This document shows, one piece after another, positions 40,762 to 48,100 of a stretch of DNA of 48,100 bases. The first letter of the stretch is position 1, and the number at the start of each line of letters is the position of its first letter. The position numbers and the translations under genes were made by a program. Location: IMG/VR virus record IMGVR_UViG_3300001102_000009, positions 1 through 48,100 of that record; one strand, written 5' to 3'. The notes under the pieces are model-generated. The model saw only the letters and a list, made by a program, of their open reading frames with translations. It was not told the DNA's origin and did no database searches. Origin of the DNA: a virus.

Positions 40762-41751
40762 TTATTCACATCCTTGTTCTACACACAGTTCTTGGTCTTG
40801 CTCTGTGCAAATGATGTCTCCTTGTTCAGTTACATAGTGACAACACTTTTCAACAATTACTGTTAATGTGTCTGACTCGGTGTTTCCACTTGTATCAGTC
40901 ACAGTTGCTGTAATAACCTTCGCTCCTGGTTCAATGTCATTTGCATCCCACTCGAATGAGTAAGGTGCAACTGTGGATGTTCCAATTGTTACTCCATCAA
41001 TTTCGTAGGTTACTGATTGTACGTCTACGTCATCTGATGCGGTTACCTCAATGATATTGATTTCGTCACACAGTGTTTCTCCGGCTGTTGGAGCTGTGAT
41101 TGTAATCATTGGTAGGACTACATCTGCTGCTTTCGCAATTACTGTCCACAATCCACATATGAATTGATAGACATCTCCCGTGCTTCCATCTTTCCAAACG
41201 GATAGTGGGATGGCTGTGTCGGCAGCTGTCGGAGGTCGTGTCTCACAAATCTCTTGTGGTAAACACGGTGGTTGCTTCTGTATGATCTCGATTGCCTCAA
41301 TTCTGTCTTTAAACAGCCCTATCTCTTCGTACCCCTCGTGGAGATACCCCACGTTGTTGTTTATCTTTTGAAGGGCATTATCATGGTCAATTATTTTACC
41401 AATGATTTTCTTTCCCCCTCGGATGTCATCTATAAGAAGACGCTTGTCTCCTCTTACCGACCTGATCGTGTCAACCAGATGTTCGGGCAATATGTCTGTG
41501 AAGTTTGTTCCATCCTTACCGTTTTCTCCACGAATTGGATCGGGGATCATCGGTTCGATAAGTTTCATCAACTCATCTTTGGTTGGCCGCACCTCCTTGG
41601 CAATGCCGTCGATAATATCATCAGTTATGTAAGCACTATCCCCCTTATCTCCCTTGATCCCCTTCTGTTTCATGATTAGGGCCAAGAGCTTTTTCAGGTC
41701 TTCGTGAGTGACATACTGGGAGTTATCTTTTTTAGATAAATGTTTTAGCAT
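40762..41751 (-). CDS. Structural protein with short collagen-like G-X-Y runs and an Ig-like domain
   Basis: It has GIKGDKGDS and GENGKDGTN runs. The Ig-like segment is ITITAPTAGETL...VTASDDVDVQSVTYEIDGVTIGTSTVAPYSFEWD...ATVTDTSGNTESDTLTV. The tail is Cys-rich. Confidence 0.55.
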   Translation of the reverse strand: MLKHLSKKDNSQYVTHEDLKKLLALIMKQKGIKGDKGDSAYITDDIIDGIAKEVRPTKDELMKLIEPMIPDPIRGENGKDGTNFTDILPEHLVDTIRSVRGDKRLLIDDIRGGKKIIGKIIDHDNALQKINNNVGYLHEGYEEIGLFKDRIEAIEIIQKQPPCLPQEICETRPPTAADTAIPLSVWKDGSTGDVYQFICGLWTVIAKAADVVLPMITITAPTAGETLCDEINIIEVTASDDVDVQSVTYEIDGVTIGTSTVAPYSFEWDANDIEPGAKVITATVTDTSGNTESDTLTVIVEKCCHYVTEQGDIICTEQDQELCVEQGCE

Positions 41752-41759
41752 GATATTTC

Positions 41760-44700
41760 TTATTCCTTATAATACTTATCGTACACCTCCTTAGATATTT
41801 CTCCAGACTCTAGCAGTCTGTCTAATTCGGCATTGTCATTTTTTACTTTCAGCTGGTTTTCAGTAAGGAACTGATTCCCTATCTCATCAATATACTTATC
41901 GTGTATTTCCTGGGATATCTGGCCAGCCTCTAGTAGTTGTCCCAGCTGTTCGGTATCTCTCTGTGTTATCTCCTCTCTTTGTAACTTCAATACCTTTAGT
42001 TGGTGTGCTTCGATCTGCGCCTTGGTTGCTTTTCCTGGCTTACCCCCGATGCCAGCATTGTCCATTAGCTTACCTAATTCTGCTTTAGTTGCGTCGGGGT
42101 GTAGTTCTGCCAGCTCCCACTTAGTTAGTGCGGCAAAAGATGATTCAGACAGGTTGTCCATAAAGTCTTCCCTGTCCATCTGGTCCATCTCTTTTACCTT
42201 AAAGTAGTCTGTCTCTTCTTGGAATCTTACGCTTTCTATTTCGTATCTGTCCTTGATTACCTCTTGTCTACCGATCTTATCTCTGTTTGTGAACACGTTG
42301 TATCCCATCTCCCAGGATAAGTAACGTGACCAGTTTCCAGATTCAACACCAGCTAATGCCTCCTTGGCAATGTTGAGTGCTGACTCCTTCTTTGAGTTTC
42401 CAGTAATGTAACTTCCTGGAGCACCCATCGTTGTAATCATACTAAGCATTAGTAGCTGTTCTGCTGACTGTGGAACGCCGTACTCGTCGTCTTCATCATT
42501 TAGCAGTCCACGCATACCCTCTCCGATCTCCTGAACACCGAATGGAACTGGTAGGTTGTTGTCAATCACAGCGTTCAGAATCACGTTACCCTCTTCTTTT
42601 TGGAAGTAGTTCGGGAACAGGGACTGAATCACCGTTCCAGATATACCAGATTGTTTGTTTCTAAAGGTTTTACCTGTTTGGTTAATTAGCTTTAGTGAGT
42701 CAAACATTCTCCCCATAATATTGATGTAGTATGGGTTGCCTTGTTCATCTGTAATGAACGGGACTTGTAGGTCAAAGATTCTATCTGGGTCATCGTTCTC
42801 GAATGTTGTCTTACCATCATTCATAGACATGTTCAGTGCGGTCAATGCCCCAAACCCGTAAACCACCTTCTTGATCGCCCTCTCTCTAGCAAGTGATCCT
42901 TTTGCTCCACCCTTGAATAGGTTGGGAGAATTGGCAACCCGCTTGACTAGAGACATAAACAATGACGGGGCAAACAATAGTAATCGAAGTCCGGTCTGTA
43001 CTCCCTTCCCCATAATGTTAGGGTGTTTTGCCTCCAGTTTCTTGAAGTCAACCAAACCAATTTCCGCATCAATTATCTTACCAGCCTCAATGTATGCTTC
43101 TCGTTCTGAGATCCCATTCTTCCTCATAAGCTCCTTACCCTTCATCTCTAACACATCTAGTTTGATACCATCAACCAATGTGTCAAACTGTAGGCTCTCA
43201 AGTGCTGAGTGTGCTGTTTTGATCTTGTCGAAAGCACCCTTTACTCTTGCTTTCTCCGCAACGGTTGATGCAGATTCAAACAAACTGTCAACGATGTTTT
43301 GCTCTCTAGCGATGTCACCATTCAATCTTTTTTCAATTGCATCAATGTCTCCAATGTTCTGCTTTCCAGTTTTTATAAACTGTGACAGGAAGGCCCTTCG
43401 CTCCAACGGTATATCATTTGCTGACCCGCGTAGAGCATTGACAAATATGACAGACGCCCGGTATGGATTAGTTAGTGTTGCTGCGTTCCAGTATGCTGGT
43501 ACAGCCAGGAAGAAGTCAAGGGTGGCACGCATGAACTTAACGTAACTCTGTGCCTGATCCAGCACAAGGAATGGGTTGTTTTTGTTCATTATGATACCCT
43601 GATTGTAGATATAATCGTATGGAGAACTCTTTAGCGGGTTCTTGATCTTGTTATCTACTTTGAAGGCATACAGACCGCCGCTACCACGTATATGGCCAAC
43701 TCCTGTAATGTTCTTGAATCCTTGTTTTTCAAGATCGTCTGCCTCGTCTGCAAGTTTGGCGTATCGGTCAATTAGTTGATCCTTATAGTTTTGCCTCAGG
43801 GCTTCTATCTTTGTTGCAAACCCAGACTTTACATCTGACTGTGCGTTATCAACCTGTCGAATTATGTTGTCAAAGATTGAGTCTAGCTCTGCCGTATCTG
43901 AGGTCATCAAAGATAGTGGGTCATCTTTGTTTACATCAAACTTCTTTAAGTCTCGGAAAAGTAATTTAATAGATGACACTGAGTCTGCATTTAGAATCTT
44001 TTGTGCACGTGCCACATCTAGCACTTCGTCAACACTCTTCTTTGCAGCTGCCTGTAAGTCGGTTCTAAACTTCTGTAGATCCTTTGGGTTGTATAACTCA
44101 ACGATCTGATCTGCCCGCTTACCAGAAACAGCAACCTGTCTCAGGGTGTTAGATAGTACAAGTTTGTCAATTAGTTTCTTTGATTCAGCAATGTGGTTGA
44201 TTACTGTGACTTGTGGGTCTCGAACAGTGCGTAGACCATACTCAGCAAGAACAACATCACGATCATCTGCCGTAATGTATTTACGCTTATTCTTTAGCGC
44301 CTTATTAATATCTGATGGTCGGCTAAGCAGTTCTTTCAGTGAAGCATTGCCTGATCGCTGTGAATCAGCACGTAGTCGGTTTAGACTTTTTACATTGGCC
44401 GGTGTGCCGTCGATGTTTTGTAGCTGTGTACGGATATATGTATCTTCATCAAATCTTTCATCAAGAAGGTCAAAGTTTTCAAAGATGTCGTTCAGTCTTT
44501 TTGTGACCTCGGTGATTTCGTTGTTGATCCCCTCCATTTCGTCACCAGCCTTGATAAGTCCTTGTTCGCGACGGTTGTGCAGATCAACCAGCTGTGCTTT
44601 AGATAATGTCGAAAGTTTATCGTTAAGTGAGGTAAGTCGAAAAGACATTTCATTAGAGATCTCCTCAACCTTTGAAATAGAATATTCAAGCGCGGACTCC

Positions 44701-46166
44701 TTGTTGTACATGTCGTCAACCTCCGCATCAATTGTTTTTTCGTACTCAACAATGTTAGACTCGATATCATCGAGCTTATTCATTGAGTTAATGTTGATGT
44801 CATTAATCGCGTCAGTAATCTTTTCAACATCTTTAATACGACCATCACGAAATGCCTGGGCTTGCTCCAGTTTAAGGCGATCCACCAACATGTCTTTTTC
44901 AATACTTGTTTTATTGACAATGTTATCGTTGATGTATTTTTTGATATTGCCAGCAGGTAGTTGAGCAACGTCACGTACACGTTGTTCGGTAATCTTTTGT
45001 GTTTGTTTAACTAGACGTCCCTGTGCCGCCTCAAGCTGTCGCTCTAGTCCAGCAACACGAACCTGGCCAAATTCACTCTCAAATATCTTTTCACTGACCT
45101 TACTTTCAATGTCAATAATCTTATCTTGAATTTGCTCGATGTTGTCAACCGCCTTGGAAATGTTAACCTCAGAGGTTTCTACCTTTTTATTAAACTCACT
45201 AACAACCCGGCTGTCAGCGGATGTGTCTTTGATTATTTGTTTTTGTATCTTGGCGTCAAACTCAGCATCTAAGTTTTGTGTTTCTACAGAAGACTTCTTG
45301 TTTATCTCAAAAGCAATCTGATCCTTATCAGTATTGACTAGAGATACATTCTGTTGGGGTCGAGCCTTGTTTAGGTCGTCGCTGTCTACGATACCTCGTG
45401 TTACAATATCAGCAACTTCATCATTCGTCTTTGCTGTAACAGAATCCTTGACAACCTGTGCCTTAACTTCTGGGTTGTTTATTTCCGGAAACTCTTTGGT
45501 TATGACACGATCAATCTCAACCGGATCATCTAATCCAATAATATCTGAAATACCCTTCTTTTTACCTCTAGCCCTATCAAGAATAGAACCACCAAGAGCA
45601 ATACCTGTGAGTGCAAGTTTTGTGTTATATCTTTCAGACGGACTCATGTTGGCCATGTCCTTGTCTATCTGTTCTATCTCTTGACTAATCTGAAACTTTT
45701 CGTCTACAGTATCTGCAAACTTTGTCATTTTTTCTGAGATATACTCAGAACCCTGCTTACCAACAAATGCCTTACCAACACCTATGAAAGCGTCGGATAC
45801 CGTATCAAGTCCGAATAGCAATCCAGTACCAGCAGTAAATGCAAACCTTTGTCCAATGTTTGAGTCTGGTGCGTCATCACTGTACCAGGCATAACCAAGA
45901 CGGTCGGCCAGCTTATCTCTACTCTCACGAACAGCATCCGGGATACCGCTGATTGCTTCCGTACGGAACTGGAGGTCTTCTACCTGTTGACCTATTTTAG
46001 TCTGTGCCGGTGGAAGTGGTTCTGTTTGGGGAACAGGAACGTCTGCCGGAGAAACAGAAATACCCTCCGTATCAACGGGGTCTTGAACAACATCGGCTGC
46101 CTTCTGTCCTTGGACTCGTGCAAATGTGTCTAGTACTTCTTTTTCTTGTAATTCCTGTTCTGTCAT
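41760..46166 (-). CDS. Giant internal-virion / DNA-ejection-type protein (1468 aa), or a tape-measure-like protein
   Basis: It is the longest ORF, coiled-coil rich, with hydrophobic segments (GLRLLLFAPSLFMSLV). It occupies the position of T7 gp15/gp16-type genes. Confidence 0.6.
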   Translation of the reverse strand: MTEQELQEKEVLDTFARVQGQKAADVVQDPVDTEGISVSPADVPVPQTEPLPPAQTKIGQQVEDLQFRTEAISGIPDAVRESRDKLADRLGYAWYSDDAPDSNIGQRFAFTAGTGLLFGLDTVSDAFIGVGKAFVGKQGSEYISEKMTKFADTVDEKFQISQEIEQIDKDMANMSPSERYNTKLALTGIALGGSILDRARGKKKGISDIIGLDDPVEIDRVITKEFPEINNPEVKAQVVKDSVTAKTNDEVADIVTRGIVDSDDLNKARPQQNVSLVNTDKDQIAFEINKKSSVETQNLDAEFDAKIQKQIIKDTSADSRVVSEFNKKVETSEVNISKAVDNIEQIQDKIIDIESKVSEKIFESEFGQVRVAGLERQLEAAQGRLVKQTQKITEQRVRDVAQLPAGNIKKYINDNIVNKTSIEKDMLVDRLKLEQAQAFRDGRIKDVEKITDAINDININSMNKLDDIESNIVEYEKTIDAEVDDMYNKESALEYSISKVEEISNEMSFRLTSLNDKLSTLSKAQLVDLHNRREQGLIKAGDEMEGINNEITEVTKRLNDIFENFDLLDERFDEDTYIRTQLQNIDGTPANVKSLNRLRADSQRSGNASLKELLSRPSDINKALKNKRKYITADDRDVVLAEYGLRTVRDPQVTVINHIAESKKLIDKLVLSNTLRQVAVSGKRADQIVELYNPKDLQKFRTDLQAAAKKSVDEVLDVARAQKILNADSVSSIKLLFRDLKKFDVNKDDPLSLMTSDTAELDSIFDNIIRQVDNAQSDVKSGFATKIEALRQNYKDQLIDRYAKLADEADDLEKQGFKNITGVGHIRGSGGLYAFKVDNKIKNPLKSSPYDYIYNQGIIMNKNNPFLVLDQAQSYVKFMRATLDFFLAVPAYWNAATLTNPYRASVIFVNALRGSANDIPLERRAFLSQFIKTGKQNIGDIDAIEKRLNGDIAREQNIVDSLFESASTVAEKARVKGAFDKIKTAHSALESLQFDTLVDGIKLDVLEMKGKELMRKNGISEREAYIEAGKIIDAEIGLVDFKKLEAKHPNIMGKGVQTGLRLLLFAPSLFMSLVKRVANSPNLFKGGAKGSLARERAIKKVVYGFGALTALNMSMNDGKTTFENDDPDRIFDLQVPFITDEQGNPYYINIMGRMFDSLKLINQTGKTFRNKQSGISGTVIQSLFPNYFQKEEGNVILNAVIDNNLPVPFGVQEIGEGMRGLLNDEDDEYGVPQSAEQLLMLSMITTMGAPGSYITGNSKKESALNIAKEALAGVESGNWSRYLSWEMGYNVFTNRDKIGRQEVIKDRYEIESVRFQEETDYFKVKEMDQMDREDFMDNLSESSFAALTKWELAELHPDATKAELGKLMDNAGIGGKPGKATKAQIEAHQLKVLKLQREEITQRDTEQLGQLLEAGQISQEIHDKYIDEIGNQFLTENQLKVKNDNAELDRLLESGEISKEVYDKYYKE

Positions 46167-46176
46167 TTATTATATA

Positions 46177-47055
46177 TTAGTTACTCCTACCAGCTTCGTC
46201 AGCCAGTGCTTGTTCTGCGATTGAGAGTGTTCCTGAGTTGGCTGGTTCTTCGTCATCATCCCGCTCTGGCCGGAAGTCAACGATACCATCGAGTATGTTG
46301 TTTTGACCGAACACTGAGTTGACCCCAAACTTCTCAATGCCAGCTGTGGCAGGAAGTCCAGTTCGGTCATTAACGACCTGTGATTGATCTGGGTTTTGGT
46401 AGAAAGCGATTGTGTCCAATCCAGCCTCAACCTCTTTTCTAATCTCTGCAATCACCGGATTATCCCTCAAGTATTTCTCGTCACCGATCTTGATGCTCTT
46501 GTATCCAATATCAAGGATGCGCTTCTTTGCTGCTGCTGAGTTGTTACTATTGTTGACAGCCTGTTCAAACAATATCTCTTCGTCAGACAATCCGAGTATC
46601 CGGTCTCTATCCTCACTTGTTCTGGCAGATGCTGCTGCTGCCTCAGCACGCAGTCTTTGTGCCGTCTCCACGTTCCCTCGCAGGTCTTCAATCTGTGCCA
46701 ACTTTGTTTTTCGCTTAGAGTCTAGGATCCGTTGGTTTGTGATAAGATCATTTCTACGACCAAGTTGTGTGATACCACGACCCTGTGTTTCCCTAATTAG
46801 ATTCTCTTCTGCGTTTGCAAATTGTCGGTTAATTAGTGTGAAGTTATTCTTTAGGTCACCAAGTCGCTGAATACGAGTGTTCAAATCCCCGTCAAACAAT
46901 GCTCCGTCTTGACTAGTTACTGTGTCTTCAACACTTGTGTTGTTGATTATGTCATCTAGCTCATTAGCTGGTGTAACGAACTCTGTTGGTGATCGGTCGA
47001 TACGTGGTACATCCCTACGCCGCAGATCACTTAATTTCAATACTTCTTCTTCCAT
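46177..47055 (-). CDS. Internal virion protein candidate
   Basis: 292-aa charged, coiled-coil ORF between the nozzle-position gene and the giant ORF. Confidence 0.55.
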   Translation of the reverse strand: MEEEVLKLSDLRRRDVPRIDRSPTEFVTPANELDDIINNTSVEDTVTSQDGALFDGDLNTRIQRLGDLKNNFTLINRQFANAEENLIRETQGRGITQLGRRNDLITNQRILDSKRKTKLAQIEDLRGNVETAQRLRAEAAAASARTSEDRDRILGLSDEEILFEQAVNNSNNSAAAKKRILDIGYKSIKIGDEKYLRDNPVIAEIRKEVEAGLDTIAFYQNPDQSQVVNDRTGLPATAGIEKFGVNSVFGQNNILDGIVDFRPERDDDEEPANSGTLSIAEQALADEAGRSN

Positions 47056-47058
47056 ATA

Positions 47059-48100
47059 TTATTCGTTTATCGCTAACATGTTGTAGGTAACAGTTAGGTT
47101 ATTAAGTTCTGCTAATGTTCCAAATACTTTGACCATGACCTGCAACTCTTTGAATTGCCAGAACGGTTGTCCGTCTTCCATTCGGTTGATCTGTATGGAA
47201 TTGATGTCCTGCATGTTTCCCTCATAGGCAAGTTCCCAACCCGCGTCATTGTCATCAAAGTCTTCAACCTCTCTAATCCAAATCTCTACGTTGTCTACAT
47301 CGTCAGTGTGTAGCATCGACAGGAAAATGTTATCAACCTGTTTGCGTTCCCATGGCCGGTCTCCGTTAATGATCTTTGTGATAAGTCCTGATACGTTGTC
47401 GTTTTCCGTCACGTCAGTTACATACACTCCGTTGATGGTTGCGAGGATAAAGCCCGAGTCCAACATTCCGAATGATAGTGCCTGTTCGTAGGTAAAGTCA
47501 TCTCCGTTATCAGACTGTGCAACTTCCGTAAACAGATTGCCCGACGAATCAATTGACATGACTCCTGAGTATATCCCCTCTCCGTTGTTAGCTTCTTGCT
47601 GTTGCTGTAATGAAATGGTTCCAGTAAAGTAGATGCGTGAGTTTGCAACCTGACTCTTCTGGTTGATTATGTTGTGCCTGTAAACATTGTTAATATTACC
47701 GTCTGGTCCAACACGTAGTCTGTATTCTGCAATTGGGTTGGCAAATGATTCTGGTAAAATATCAAATCCAGCCTGGATGGCGTAGATAGACATGTTTACA
47801 TATTTATGTAGGGTGAGTGAGTCGGTGGCTGGTGAGGTGATTGCCATTAGCCGTCCGTTGAGTGGACGTAGTATTTGTACGATGCCTTTTCCCACTACAA
47901 CTGATGTGAGTAGTCCCTGATCTCCAATACCCTCTGCACTTAGTGTTTTGTCCCAGTAGTAGACTACAGCGTCTCCGTTTGAATCTTTTACTGCAATGTT
48001 TAGTACACCACCGTTTTGACAAACAGCCGTGATGATGTCCGGTAGAACCAGAACATTCTTTACCTCACGAAATGCTTTGTTGTTGTTATCGTCTACAGCG
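47059..48100 (-). CDS. C-terminal part (330 codons plus the duplicated 49 bp) of the wrap-around virion protein that starts at 945
   Basis: The reading frame is open from 48099 down to the stop at 47059. The M listed at 47895 is an internal GTG. I translated 48099..47896 and found no stop (AVDDNNNKAFREVKNVLVLPDIITAVCQNGGVLNIAVKDSNGDAVVYYWDK...). Confidence 0.8.
   Translation of the reverse strand, partial: AVDDNNNKAFREVKNVLVLPDIITAVCQNGGVLNIAVKDSNGDAVVYYWDKTLSAEGIGDQGLLTSVVVGKGIVQILRPLNGRLMAITSPATDSLTLHKYVNMSIYAIQAGFDILPESFANPIAEYRLRVGPDGNINNVYRHNIINQKSQVANSRIYFTGTISLQQQQEANNGEGIYSGVMSIDSSGNLFTEVAQSDNGDDFTYEQALSFGMLDSGFILATINGVYVTDVTENDNVSGLITKIINGDRPWERKQVDNIFLSMLHTDDVDNVEIWIREVEDFDDNDAGWELAYEGNMQDINSIQINRMEDGQPFWQFKELQVMVKVFGTLAELNNLTVTYNMLAINE
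48052..48100. repeat. Second copy of the 49-bp terminal direct repeat
   Basis: Identical to bases 1-49. Confidence 0.95.

Noticed and set aside
1-48100. CRISPR array, diversity-generating retroelement, integrase or repressor lysogeny module, transposase, and alternative genetic code
   Set aside because: No regularly spaced repeat-spacer array is present. I recognised no reverse-transcriptase (YxDD) ORF or template/variable repeat pair, and no tyrosine or serine recombinase motifs. Long uninterrupted ORFs with recognisable motifs under the standard code argue against stop-codon reassignment.

Overview
The window looks like one complete, circularly closed dsDNA phage genome. Bases 1-49 repeat exactly at 48052-48100, giving about 48,051 unique bp, and a minus-strand ORF reads through the junction in frame. 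There are two divergent arms.

(1) Minus-strand arm, running from 9099 down through base 1, wrapping to 48100 and continuing down to 28365. It encodes a RusA-like nuclease, small and large terminase, portal, a DUF2829/Tad2-like protein, scaffold, major capsid, an adaptor/nozzle-position protein with a peptidoglycan-binding motif, and two internal-virion-type proteins (292 and 1468 aa). These are followed by a long cassette of fibre/receptor-binding proteins that includes a GH5-like glycosidase, then two holin-like proteins and a T7-lysozyme-type amidase.

(2) Plus-strand arm, 10308-28303, with early, replication and nucleotide genes. It encodes a secreted SLT-like transglycosylase, a five-tRNA array, DnaB helicase, a gp2.5-like SSB, a PD-(D/E)xK nuclease, a DnaQ-like exonuclease, dNMP kinase, and an Rnl2-like RNA ligase plus Pnkp RNA-repair pair. 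A small minus-strand island at 12590-15314 holds a ParB-like ORF, a large ORF-free RNA region, an HNH endonuclease and an orphan RNR beta subunit.

I recognised no integrase, repressor, DNA polymerase, primase or RNA polymerase. Transcription appears to use recurrent sigma70-like promoters (TTGACA-N17-TAnnAT) that fall into three sequence families.

The most unusual content is non-coding. Two promoter-driven ORF-free regions are rich in candidate helices (9100-9530 and 12934-13535). The second ends in a tRNA-like module that lacks a recognisable anticodon arm. A 0.7-kb repeat-, iteron- and G-quadruplex-rich control region sits at the divergence point (9560-10300).

All protein calls rest on motif recognition by eye and on gene order. 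No database search was possible.
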